This document shows, piece after piece, positions 37,549 through 47,046 of a stretch of 64,000 nucleotides of DNA. Origin of the DNA: a virus; IMG/VR virus record IMGVR_UViG_3300009370_002293, positions 35,813 to 99,812 of that record; one strand, 5' to 3'. Numbering within the stretch: the first letter of the stretch is position 1; every line of letters starts with the position of its first letter. The notes beneath the pieces were generated by a model that was not told the DNA's origin, did no database searches, and saw only the letters and a program-made list of their open reading frames with translations. The position numbers and the translations under genes are program-made.

Positions 37549-38358
37549 ATGAAAATTAAATTATATATTGTTACCTATAAAGGTCACCGGCGCCTTAACC
37601 CGACCCTTAACTCCCTACTTAATAGTGACTTAAAAAAATACGACCATGAAATTAATATCATAAACAATCACTCGGATATTAGATTAGATCCAAAATTTTT
37701 AAATAAAGTTAATATTTTAAACAATATATTACGCCCAGATTGGTCTTCAGGTCATTTATCGCGCAATTGGAACCAAGCGCTTATAAATGGTTTTGGGTCG
37801 TTGATCAATCCATTGTGTGATGTAGTAGTCTGTAGTCAAGATGATTCATTATTCAGGTCTGACTGGGCTTCTAAGTTAGAAGAAATCCATCGCAAATATT
37901 CCTTCGTACAAAATGGGCATGGCGACCAATTTCATTCCTATCTCCCTGAAGCCGTAAGGCATGTTGGGTTATGGGACGAGCGGTTTTGTGGTATATCCAG
38001 ACAAGCTGCTGATTATTTATGGCGTTGTGTAATGTATAACAAAAATTCAAGCACCATTCAAGATCACCTTCATTCTCGGGTTCTTAACCCCCTTTTTCCT
38101 GATGACCTAGAAAAATCACGCGGGTGGTTGGTTGACCCAGATGTAAGAAAACTAGATGATGTATGGGACAACAGTAGTAATGATAATGAAAATTTGTCCG
38201 TAAAATTAATTGAGGCAAAATACCCTGAAGACCCTTGGCCTTGGACAAAGGAAAAAATTAAAAATGCCCCAAACAAAACTGTAATTCAAAACCATATTAC
38301 TTACCCCTATTTCGAAAAAGATATCTACGATCTAAAAGGTAAAGGGTACTTAGTTTAG
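37549..38358 (+). CDS. GT-A fold glycosyltransferase-like protein
   Basis: IVTY, LSRNWN, SQDD, VGLWDERF..ADY. Confidence 0.6.
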   Translation: MKIKLYIVTYKGHRRLNPTLNSLLNSDLKKYDHEINIINNHSDIRLDPKFLNKVNILNNILRPDWSSGHLSRNWNQALINGFGSLINPLCDVVVCSQDDSLFRSDWASKLEEIHRKYSFVQNGHGDQFHSYLPEAVRHVGLWDERFCGISRQAADYLWRCVMYNKNSSTIQDHLHSRVLNPLFPDDLEKSRGWLVDPDVRKLDDVWDNSSNDNENLSVKLIEAKYPEDPWPWTKEKIKNAPNKTVIQNHITYPYFEKDIYDLKGKGYLV

Positions 38359-38360
38359 AA

Positions 38361-39338
38361 ATGAAGGCAATTATAGTTGGTGCAGGTCTTTCTGGGGTAG
38401 TGTCTGCTATAATTTTAAAAGAAAAGGGGTATAATGTAGAAATATTTGAACAGAGAAACCATATTGCCGGCAATTGTTACGATAAAAAAATAGAAGGTAT
38501 TATGGTCCATAAATATGGCCCTCACGGATTTCACACCAACAACAAAATGGTATGGGATTTCGTAAATAAATATACAGATTTCAACAACACCTGTTTAAAG
38601 GTAAAGGCAAACACCAAGGACGGCATAATCCCAATTCCTTATGGCCCCGCCGCAAAAGAAATAATTGGAGAAAAAACCTCTGAAGAAATTATAAATTTGA
38701 TTTTCAAAGATTATAGTGAAAAAATGTGGGGCGTTCCATGGGAAAAACTTCCTCCATCCATCACTAAACGAGTACCTAAAATAAGAAATAATTTAAGCAC
38801 ATGTTTTCATGTTGACAAGTACCAAGGAATTCCTGTGAGTGGCTACACGGTCATGTTTAAAAACATGTTAGATGGAATAAAGGTACATTTAAATTGTAAA
38901 AAAGATGAGTGGCGAAAACAAAAGTATGACTTGTTAATATATACAGGTAAAATAGACGAATACTTTGATTATTGCCATGGGTGGCTGGAATACAGGTCTT
39001 TATTCATTCAGTTTGAAACTGGGGTACGAAGACCCGATATATTTCAGTTAAATGAATGTAATAAAAAGGCATGGACAAGAAGCGTTGACCACTCTCACTG
39101 GCACACCCAAAATGTAACAAATACAATTATTTCTAAAGAATACCCTCAAGAACACACCCCCCATAATATTCCCTTTTACCCTAAACAATTCGGAAAAAAC
39201 ACCGAACTCTACAAGGAGTATAAAAAACTTGCTGACCGCCAAAAAAATGTTATATTTACAGGTAGGTTAGCCACTTATAAATACCTAGACATGGACATTG
39301 CCATCGCACAAGCACTCCAAAAACTTAGCCAAGTATGA
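38361..39338 (+). CDS. glf: UDP-galactopyranose mutase
   Basis: VGAGLSG, HIAGNCYD, HKYGPHGFHT, YQGIP..GY, LEYRSL, GRLATYKYLDMD. Confidence 0.92.
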   Translation: MKAIIVGAGLSGVVSAIILKEKGYNVEIFEQRNHIAGNCYDKKIEGIMVHKYGPHGFHTNNKMVWDFVNKYTDFNNTCLKVKANTKDGIIPIPYGPAAKEIIGEKTSEEIINLIFKDYSEKMWGVPWEKLPPSITKRVPKIRNNLSTCFHVDKYQGIPVSGYTVMFKNMLDGIKVHLNCKKDEWRKQKYDLLIYTGKIDEYFDYCHGWLEYRSLFIQFETGVRRPDIFQLNECNKKAWTRSVDHSHWHTQNVTNTIISKEYPQEHTPHNIPFYPKQFGKNTELYKEYKKLADRQKNVIFTGRLATYKYLDMDIAIAQALQKLSQV

Positions 39339-39886
39339 GACTAGATCACATAGCTTATAGAAGCTACGACAGGAAAAAAACTGCAAAATTTTTCCAAGAT
39401 TGCTTGGGTTATTCTATCGCCACAGAGTTTGACCTAGAGTTTGAAGACGGCAGTACCACTAAATGTGTGGCCATGATCCCCCCTGAAACTCGTCCCCCAA
39501 GTACTGACATGTGGAAATATTACTCTTTGCAGCCAGTACCATATGGAAGCATCAAGGCCGAATACCATGCCCCCCCTGAAATTTTTATAAGTGATGGCGT
39601 AGAGGGGTCTATTGTAGCAGAATGGGTAAAAGAACGGGGCGGTATCGGGGGTATCCATCACATTGCTTATCAAGTAGAAGATGTTGAGGCCACTATGCAT
39701 TCTTGGAGAAAGCAAGGGTACGCGGAATTTCTTTCCGATGTGCCCTTAGAGTGCCCGGGATTAAAGCAGGTTTTCACCAAGCCATCTGAATTAACTGGAG
39801 TTATATATGAATTGATAAGTCGAACAGGGAAGGGGTTTTGCGAAGACAATGTAAAAGGATTAATGGAGAGTACGAAAGGGGCATAA
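39335..39886 (+). CDS. VOC-fold metalloenzyme (HPPD/HglS-like 2-oxoacid dioxygenase candidate)
   Basis: DHIAYR, PEIFIS, GGIHHIAY, LKQVFT, YELISR, GFCEDNVKGLMEST. Confidence 0.7.
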   Translation: MRLDHIAYRSYDRKKTAKFFQDCLGYSIATEFDLEFEDGSTTKCVAMIPPETRPPSTDMWKYYSLQPVPYGSIKAEYHAPPEIFISDGVEGSIVAEWVKERGGIGGIHHIAYQVEDVEATMHSWRKQGYAEFLSDVPLECPGLKQVFTKPSELTGVIYELISRTGKGFCEDNVKGLMESTKGA

Positions 39887-39887
39887 A

Positions 39888-41423
39888 ATGAGAGACTTTG
39901 AAGGGCGTAATTATATCAACGGAGAATGGCGCGCCACCTCTGAAATGTACACCAAGATTAACCCTTCAACCGGTAAGGCTCAGGGGGCGTTTCCCGTAAG
40001 CGGTGCACCTGAAGTAACTAAGGCTGTTTTGTCGGCAAAAAAAGCTTTTAAAAAATGGAAGAAATTAAGTCGTTTCGTAAGATCAGATTTTTTAAACAAG
40101 GTTGCACAATTAATTGAGGAACGCAAAGATAAACTGGCGAAAGTAATTTCACTCGAGACAGGAAAAACATATAATGAATCTATAGCCGAAGTAAACGAAG
40201 CGCTACATATGGCTCAATTTGCCTTCGGATCAGGTCGATTTGCACACGGAGAGGCTGTTTCATCTGAGATTCAAGATAAAGATTCTTACATGTTACGGAA
40301 ACCAAAGGGTGTAATAGCTATTATAACACCTTTTAATTTTCCTTTGGCAATTGGAATGTTTTGGAACGCGGCCCCAGCCCTCGTAGAAGGAAATACAATA
40401 GTAATTAAACCCAGTGAAGATGCCCCGATGTCAACCCAAATGGCTGTCCAAATTTATGCGGACGCTGGTATCCCACGTGGAGTCATTAATTTGGTTCACG
40501 GCGATGGTGGGACTGGTAACCTTTTGGTTCATGCTGATATCGATCATATTTGTTTCACTGGTTCTGCCGATGTCGGACAACATATTCGTAAAGTGGCTGC
40601 TGAATCTTGGCACAAAACCACCTCCTGCGAATTAGGTAGTAAATCAGCCTGTATTATTTTTGATGACGTTGAAGTGCCGCTTGCACTTGAGGCAGCAATA
40701 GCTAGCGCCTTTAAATTATCTGGTCAACGCTGTGTTTCTTCGGGCAGAATTATAGTTCAAAGAACTATTTTTAATGATTTCTCCAGACGTTTTGCTGAAA
40801 AAGCAGCCCAATTAAAAACAGGTAACCCATTTAAATCCATGCTTGGCACCTCAGGATGTCCCGATGGAATGGTCTGGGAAGACCTTATTCCTGACGAAAG
40901 CGTTTATTATGGCCCAATCATAAATCAACAGGGTTTTGACAAAATCAGAAGATACAACAAAATGGTTTTAGATGACCCCGAAGCAGAGGTTCTTTTATCC
41001 CCTCAGTACACAGGAGACGGAAAAAGCTATTATAGTACGCCTATGGTTTATAAAACAGAATGGCGCGGAGACGAAGCCCAATACCTTAGGAACGAAGTGT
41101 TTGGGCCGCATGTTGCTATTATTCCATTTGACACCATAGAAGATGCAATTCACATTTATAATGATACCGAGTATGGTCTCGCTGTTGGGGTATTAACAAA
41201 TGATTTTAGAAAAGCTAGAATTATGAGGGATGAGTGCGATGCGGGCATGATCTACTGGAACGGTGGGTCTATCGCAGCTGAATCTCATCTAGCTTTTGGT
41301 GGAGTTAAAAAGTCTGGTAACGGATTTCCAAGCGCAGCCAGAACTGTCAGGGCTGTTACTCACGAAATAAGTTGGACAGTTAATCACGCCAACAAGTTAA
41401 CCTTTCCACAGGGAATGAAATAA
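39888..41423 (+). CDS. Aldehyde dehydrogenase
   Basis: PFNFP, KPSE, FTGS, ELGSKS, SGQRC, EVFGP, FGGVKKSG. Confidence 0.95.
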   Translation: MRDFEGRNYINGEWRATSEMYTKINPSTGKAQGAFPVSGAPEVTKAVLSAKKAFKKWKKLSRFVRSDFLNKVAQLIEERKDKLAKVISLETGKTYNESIAEVNEALHMAQFAFGSGRFAHGEAVSSEIQDKDSYMLRKPKGVIAIITPFNFPLAIGMFWNAAPALVEGNTIVIKPSEDAPMSTQMAVQIYADAGIPRGVINLVHGDGGTGNLLVHADIDHICFTGSADVGQHIRKVAAESWHKTTSCELGSKSACIIFDDVEVPLALEAAIASAFKLSGQRCVSSGRIIVQRTIFNDFSRRFAEKAAQLKTGNPFKSMLGTSGCPDGMVWEDLIPDESVYYGPIINQQGFDKIRRYNKMVLDDPEAEVLLSPQYTGDGKSYYSTPMVYKTEWRGDEAQYLRNEVFGPHVAIIPFDTIEDAIHIYNDTEYGLAVGVLTNDFRKARIMRDECDAGMIYWNGGSIAAESHLAFGGVKKSGNGFPSAARTVRAVTHEISWTVNHANKLTFPQGMK

Positions 41424-41430
41424 TTTTATT

Positions 41431-42189
41431 ATGAGTGCCGAAAATAATGAACCAAAAAGTAAAGCGGAGGTTAAAGCTGACATTGCTAAAACCGAAGCTG
41501 AAACTAGAAAAATTTTAGCTGAAGCAACTAAAGCTGAAGCCGAGGCAGATCTAGCAATATTGGACCTTGCATCAGTACAACGAAGTGCTGATCGAGAAAA
41601 CGCCTCCGACGAACGAAATTTTCTTTATAGATTTTCTGGGGAAGTGAGCCGTTCCTCTGTATCGGGATGCATGAAAAACCTTACCCACTGGTCTCGCCTT
41701 AACCCACAGTGTGACATTGAGATTATTTTTTCTAGCCCCGGGGGGAGCATTATTGACGGGTTTGAACTATTTGATTTTCTTCAAGAACTAAGGGCTAAAG
41801 GCCATCATATAACAACAGGAACACTTGGTATGGCGGCATCTATGGCAGGGATTCTTTTGCAAGCTGGAGATACTCGTTGGGTTGGTGGTCAAGCTTGGGT
41901 AATGATCCATAGAGCAGCCTTCGGGGCATTTGGCAAAACTTTTGAAATCGAAGATGAAGTAGAGTTTGTAAAAAGAATAGAAGAAAGAATTTTAGATATT
42001 TTTACCATACGATCTCGATTAACCAAACAAAAAATTAAAAGAAATTGGGACCGTAAAGATTGGTGGATTAGTGCCGACGAGGCCTTAGAACTCAAATTAG
42101 TAGACGAAATTAGAGCCATACTTCCAGAAAGTACCCCCGTGAGAAAAACCCAAAAAGGTGTTAAAAAAAGAACCCGTAAAAAACGATGA
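41431..42189 (+). CDS. ClpP-like serine protease with N-terminal coiled coil
   Basis: SPGGSIIDG, GMAASMA, MIH, DWWISADEA. Confidence 0.88.
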   Translation: MSAENNEPKSKAEVKADIAKTEAETRKILAEATKAEAEADLAILDLASVQRSADRENASDERNFLYRFSGEVSRSSVSGCMKNLTHWSRLNPQCDIEIIFSSPGGSIIDGFELFDFLQELRAKGHHITTGTLGMAASMAGILLQAGDTRWVGGQAWVMIHRAAFGAFGKTFEIEDEVEFVKRIEERILDIFTIRSRLTKQKIKRNWDRKDWWISADEALELKLVDEIRAILPESTPVRKTQKGVKKRTRKKR

Positions 42190-42383
42190 AAAAACAAAAA
42201 GCAAAACGAAGGGTGACGAGGACAAGAGAACTTAATCAAGCCCTTAAAGCTAGTGGTAAATCTTACCCCTTTGACATAGAATGGATAAAGCACTATAATC
42301 CTATGGAGGGCAAAGACCAAATAATATTTATTTACAAAAACAAAAAAAATAAAAAAATTGCCAAATGGAGGAGTAAAATATGA
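42186..42383 (+). CDS. Small basic hypothetical protein
   Basis: ATGA overlaps on both sides. Confidence 0.55.
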   Translation: MKKQKAKRRVTRTRELNQALKASGKSYPFDIEWIKHYNPMEGKDQIIFIYKNKKNKKIAKWRSKI

Positions 42384-42781
42384 GTTACGGAGGAGAAGCC
42401 AATCAATACGAGGAATTATCAGAGAACATGGAGTTTCATGAATCTAAGCGTTTTTCACCTGAAGGTGAACAGAAAGTAGCTTTAGTAGATATTGATGAAA
42501 CAATTTGCTTTTACCCTACAAAAAGACAATATAACTTGGCCGAACCAAGCCAAGAAAATATTGATAAAATAAATAAACTTTTTGACGAAGGATGGAAAAT
42601 TGTTTATTGGACTGCCAGAGGTGGTTCGTCATTAAAAGATTATTATGATTTTACATGGAATCAATTATTAAAATGGGGGTGTAAATTCCATGAATTACAC
42701 ACGGGTACACGAGGGAGGTTCATAAAACCCCCTTATGATCTAGTAATTGACGATAAAGCAAAACGGATTGAAGAGTTATGA
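42380..42781 (+). CDS. HAD phosphatase (capsule-locus type)
   Basis: DIDETIC, YWTARG, KP..DLVIDDK. Confidence 0.8.
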   Translation: MSYGGEANQYEELSENMEFHESKRFSPEGEQKVALVDIDETICFYPTKRQYNLAEPSQENIDKINKLFDEGWKIVYWTARGGSSLKDYYDFTWNQLLKWGCKFHELHTGTRGRFIKPPYDLVIDDKAKRIEEL

Positions 42782-43284
42782 GTGAAGACAGGGATTACCT
42801 CGAACGAATGTCATCTCTTTTAGCTGTTCGTTCTCTAAAAGACACGTTTCTTCATGAAGGCCCATCTTTAGACAGTGCCACTGGCAAGTTGGATATAAAA
42901 GAATCCAAAATTGGAATACGAGGTGTTTTTGCTGGAGAAGATTTTAAAAAAGGGGATGTAGTTGAAGTGTGCCCCACTATTTTGCTAGACTTTCAAATAG
43001 GAATGCTTGGGATTTTAATTGACTATGTATTCCCTTACCCTCAGAAAGAATACTGCCTCCTTCCTTTGGGTTACGCAATGATGTATAATCACGCAGACCA
43101 ACCAAATTGTTACTGGAAATATGGTGACATAGAAGACACAGATAAAGGGTGGATTTCATTTTTTGCCCTTTATGATATAAAAAAGGGGACCGAATTAACA
43201 TGGAATTACGGTTCAGGTTACTGGAAAGGGAGAGGTATAGAGCCCACCCCTGATTTAAACTACATTGAAGAAAAAAACAAATGA
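42778..43284 (+). CDS. SET-domain protein-lysine methyltransferase
   Basis: RGVFA..F.KG, MYNHADQPN, DIKKGTELTWNY. Confidence 0.88.
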   Translation: MSEDRDYLERMSSLLAVRSLKDTFLHEGPSLDSATGKLDIKESKIGIRGVFAGEDFKKGDVVEVCPTILLDFQIGMLGILIDYVFPYPQKEYCLLPLGYAMMYNHADQPNCYWKYGDIEDTDKGWISFFALYDIKKGTELTWNYGSGYWKGRGIEPTPDLNYIEEKNK

Positions 43285-44405
43285 AAAAGGTTGCTGTTTT
43301 AGGTGTTGGAAGAATGGGTCAAGCCATCTGTTGGTGTATGAAAAAATTAGGATACTATGTTATAGGCATGGATTCTAATGAGCATGCAGCCCACAATTTT
43401 AGGAAACATATAAATGGTAACGAAGGTGAATTTTATTTAACGGACCAAAATAACGCGGATAAAATGATGGAGGCCTTTATCCTCTATAATAAACCAGATG
43501 TTGTAATTAGTAGTCTACCCTACCACCAAACAGAAGAAATTGCCTATTGGTGCATTGACAACTCATTTCGTTACTGTGATTTAGGTGGTCGAGTTGATGT
43601 TTCTCATAACATCAATGAATATGCCAAGCAAAAGGGCACTGCTCCAGTTATGACAGATTTAGGCTTGGCCCCGGGATGGGTAAATATTTTAGCCGAACAC
43701 GGGTGTAAAGAATTAAATTCTCAGGCTCATACAGTAGAAATGATGGTCGGCGGCATTCCAGTCAATAGACCTTCAGGGCCATTAAAATATGTGCCCACGT
43801 GGTCTATTGATGGTTTACTAAACGAATATCGTGATGACTGTGAAATTTTATTAGATGGAGAATTACAAACAGTAAAGGGTCTTTCTAACTATATACTTAT
43901 AGAGCCCGACTGGGATGGCTGTGTGGGGCTGGAGGCATTTTGTACGAGCGGGGGCGCCGCGCATTCAATAAAATCAATGCAAAAAAAAGGTGTTAAAAAT
44001 TGCATGTATAGGACATTGCGGTGGATAGGACACCATGAATTGTTAAATTTTCTGATGAATACCTGTAAGTTAGATGATGAAACTCTAACATCGTGTATAC
44101 ACAAAAGCGCCGAGTGCGAAAAATCTACTGACGACGTGGTGATAATAATAGTATCAATAACAAACAAAAAAGGGCTCTCATGGAGAAAAGAAAAGGTAAT
44201 TTATAGTGATGACGATTTCACAGCAATGCAAAAATCTACAGCATTTCCAATTTCATCTATTGCCGCCATTTTAGCAGAAGGAATTCTTGAGGGTGATAAA
44301 GATCAACATAGAGATTATTATACACAATATTCATCTTCACTTAATTACGAAGATGTTCCGTACGAAAAATTAGAAAAGAATTTAGACAAACTTTTTAACG
44401 CATGA
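43281..44405 (+). CDS. Saccharopine dehydrogenase family, lysine 6-dehydrogenase-like
   Basis: GVGRMG, DLGG, GLAPG, VGGIP..PLKY..TWSIDGLLNEY, LEAFCTSGG, TLRW.GH, TAMQKSTAFP. Confidence 0.82.
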   Translation: MKKVAVLGVGRMGQAICWCMKKLGYYVIGMDSNEHAAHNFRKHINGNEGEFYLTDQNNADKMMEAFILYNKPDVVISSLPYHQTEEIAYWCIDNSFRYCDLGGRVDVSHNINEYAKQKGTAPVMTDLGLAPGWVNILAEHGCKELNSQAHTVEMMVGGIPVNRPSGPLKYVPTWSIDGLLNEYRDDCEILLDGELQTVKGLSNYILIEPDWDGCVGLEAFCTSGGAAHSIKSMQKKGVKNCMYRTLRWIGHHELLNFLMNTCKLDDETLTSCIHKSAECEKSTDDVVIIIVSITNKKGLSWRKEKVIYSDDDFTAMQKSTAFPISSIAAILAEGILEGDKDQHRDYYTQYSSSLNYEDVPYEKLEKNLDKLFNA

Positions 44406-45457
44406 AAAAAAGGAAAATTATCATAACTGGGGTTCTCGGCCAAGACGGAGCAAACATGAGCGAGTACCTTTTACGCGATAAAAATAATTTGGTTTACGGA
44501 ATGATGAGGCGTTCAGCCACCCCAAGCTTTAAAAATATAAAAGATTTTAAAGATGATAAAAACTTTACATTAGTATCTGGCGACCTCACAGACGAGGTCA
44601 GCATAAATCAATTAGTTAAAAACATTCAGCCTGATTATTTTATAAATTTTGCAGCAAATAGTTTTGTTGGATGTAGCTGGGATATGCCCGTGCACGTTTT
44701 TGACGTAAATGCCCAAGGAGTAATCCGCTGTCTTGAAGCGATACGAAATTTTAAACCAAGTTGTAGGTTTTATAGCGCTGGGAGCAGTGAAGAATTTGGA
44801 GATGTTGATTATTCGCCTCAAGATTTAAAACACCCTATGAAGCCGCGAAGCCCCTACGGGGCTTCAAAATGCGCCGCACATCATATTGTTAAAGTGTATC
44901 GAGAATCCTATAACATTTATGCTGTTCATGGGCTTTTGTTTAATCACGAAGGAACAAAAAGGGGTGAAGAGTTTGTAACAAGAAAAATTTCTAAAGGTGT
45001 TGCTAGAATACATAAAAAAATAAATTACGCTGGAGGCACCCCATTTAAACCAATAGAGCTTGGAAATTTAGACGCAAAAAGAGACTGGAGTGATAGTGAA
45101 GATTTTGTAGACGGAATATGGCTAATGCTTAATCAGGATACTCCTGAAGATTATCTTTTGGCAAGTGGAGAAACCCATTCTATAAGAGAATTCGTGGAAC
45201 TTGCTTTTGAGGCTGCTGGAATAAAAGGGTACTGGCATGGAGACGCCGAGCAAGAAAGATATGTTTACAAAAACCCATTAGGTCGCGAAGATAATTTAGT
45301 TGTTATAAACCCAGATTTTTATCGACCGGCTGAAGTAGAACTCTTATTGGGTGACCCATCTAAAGCTAAGAAAAAATTGGGATGGGTTCCGAAAAATTCT
45401 TTTTGCAATCTTGTCAAAAAGATGGTAAAACATGACTTAAGTGAAGCAGAAGTATAA
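44402..45457 (+). CDS. gmd: GDP-mannose 4,6-dehydratase
   Basis: TGVLGQDG, PRSPYGASK, LFNHE..RGEEFVTRKI, LGNLDAKRDW, RPAEVELLLGDP. Confidence 0.95.
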   Translation: MKKRKIIITGVLGQDGANMSEYLLRDKNNLVYGMMRRSATPSFKNIKDFKDDKNFTLVSGDLTDEVSINQLVKNIQPDYFINFAANSFVGCSWDMPVHVFDVNAQGVIRCLEAIRNFKPSCRFYSAGSSEEFGDVDYSPQDLKHPMKPRSPYGASKCAAHHIVKVYRESYNIYAVHGLLFNHEGTKRGEEFVTRKISKGVARIHKKINYAGGTPFKPIELGNLDAKRDWSDSEDFVDGIWLMLNQDTPEDYLLASGETHSIREFVELAFEAAGIKGYWHGDAEQERYVYKNPLGREDNLVVINPDFYRPAEVELLLGDPSKAKKKLGWVPKNSFCNLVKKMVKHDLSEAEV

Positions 45458-45866
45458 AATATATCGGGAAATTTTAAGCGGAAAAACCCACAAGCCCCCT
45501 GTTTTACGTAATAAGTGGCATGTTTTAATCTGGCAATTGGTAGAAGACCCAAGCTTCTTTTCTACAAAAGAATGGATTAGGGAAATGGCGGTAGCTAAAA
45601 AATTATGGCCCCTTTGTCCAAGCTTAGATTTTTGGTCTCAGGTTAATTTAAATTGGTATCCCGATTCTCTTCACTATTTTTTATCGGGTAAAGGAAAAAA
45701 AATTATTTTTAAAAAAATTAATGAATTTAAACTGAATTCTGCGATAGATATCCATTTACCGCCCCCAATAGAGTATGACCAAAATTCAAACTTTGAGCGG
45801 CGTAAAAAATCACCAAATGAAATAAATAGACAGTCTTTTTTCTCTCATGGCAAAAAAACAAAATAA
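45441..45866 (+). CDS. Hypothetical protein
   Basis: 141-aa ORF overlapping neighbours. Confidence 0.55.
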   Translation: MKQKYKIYREILSGKTHKPPVLRNKWHVLIWQLVEDPSFFSTKEWIREMAVAKKLWPLCPSLDFWSQVNLNWYPDSLHYFLSGKGKKIIFKKINEFKLNSAIDIHLPPPIEYDQNSNFERRKKSPNEINRQSFFSHGKKTK

Positions 45867-47046
45867 AGTTAAAATTTGTTTGTGGACACACGTACAAAAC
45901 GAAGCGCCCGTTATAGAACGGATGCTTAAAAGTGCGGTAGATTATATTGACTACTGGGTATTAGTAGATAATGGTTCCACAGACGGAACCCAGAAAATAA
46001 TCGAAGATTTTTTCGACAAAGAAAATGTAGACGGTAAATTGTACCAAAGTAAAATAGGGTGGAAAGGGCATGGTATAAACAGGCAACATTCATGGGATTT
46101 TTTAACAGATACCCCTCATAACTGTGATTACATTTTAAGAATTGATGCAGATGAAGGTATAGAGGTAGACGAAGATTTTGATTGGTCCATTATTCCCTCT
46201 CATGAATCTTGGAGTATAAGTTATAAGTCTGGCAACCACGTAGTACCACGAATGTGGATGTGGAGAGCTAATTTACCGTGGTTTTGGGCTGATGATGTAG
46301 CGCACGAAACTATACACCTTAAAAAAGACGAATCTTCCCCAAAAACAGAAACTAGGCACCCTGACCAAGGAAACATGCCCTTTGCGTTTAGGCATGTTGC
46401 ACTTGGAAGTGGTAATACATCACATAATCCAATAAAATTCGTGCAAGACGTATTAAAGCTAGAAAATCAATTACATGAAAGATTTCGGGATGGAACAACT
46501 CAAGAAGAACAAAGGTACCATTTATTTTATTTAGCTAAATCCTTTAATTATACAGGATTTTCTATAGACAACCAATGGTGTCATCAATTTTTTCCGTATG
46601 GAGAAGGTCAAGTAAAACAATTTTTATTACGAGGCATTGATTATTGGAATAGGTACATAGAAACCTTTAATGAGGGGGGTGTAAGTTGGTATTCCCACTA
46701 TCTAAGGGGTCAACTTCATATGAGGGTTAATCAAATTGAGAATGCTCTTAACGACTGGAAATCTTCATCACTATTAAATCCTTTAAGAATGGAGTCTGCA
46801 TACAGTTTATTTTCTTATTTTTATCAATCTCAAAAATGGGATGAAGCCTTCCTTTACGCCTTTAAAATTAAAAACGCTAAATGCCCCATAGACACAGACC
46901 CGTGGCACCTAGAATTAAATGCCTACATACAACACAATAATGAACTAAGGGAAAAGATAGCCCACACCTTCCAGATATTTGGGGAAAGGCACGGTATACC
47001 TAATTTAATAAAAGAGGCTGACACAATAAGGGATTTTTTATCATGA
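45847..47046 (+). CDS. GT2 glycosyltransferase with TPR-like C-terminus
   Basis: VQNEA..IERML, VDNGSTDGT, IDADE, FYLAKS. Confidence 0.8.
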   Translation: MAKKQNKVKICLWTHVQNEAPVIERMLKSAVDYIDYWVLVDNGSTDGTQKIIEDFFDKENVDGKLYQSKIGWKGHGINRQHSWDFLTDTPHNCDYILRIDADEGIEVDEDFDWSIIPSHESWSISYKSGNHVVPRMWMWRANLPWFWADDVAHETIHLKKDESSPKTETRHPDQGNMPFAFRHVALGSGNTSHNPIKFVQDVLKLENQLHERFRDGTTQEEQRYHLFYLAKSFNYTGFSIDNQWCHQFFPYGEGQVKQFLLRGIDYWNRYIETFNEGGVSWYSHYLRGQLHMRVNQIENALNDWKSSSLLNPLRMESAYSLFSYFYQSQKWDEAFLYAFKIKNAKCPIDTDPWHLELNAYIQHNNELREKIAHTFQIFGERHGIPNLIKEADTIRDFLS

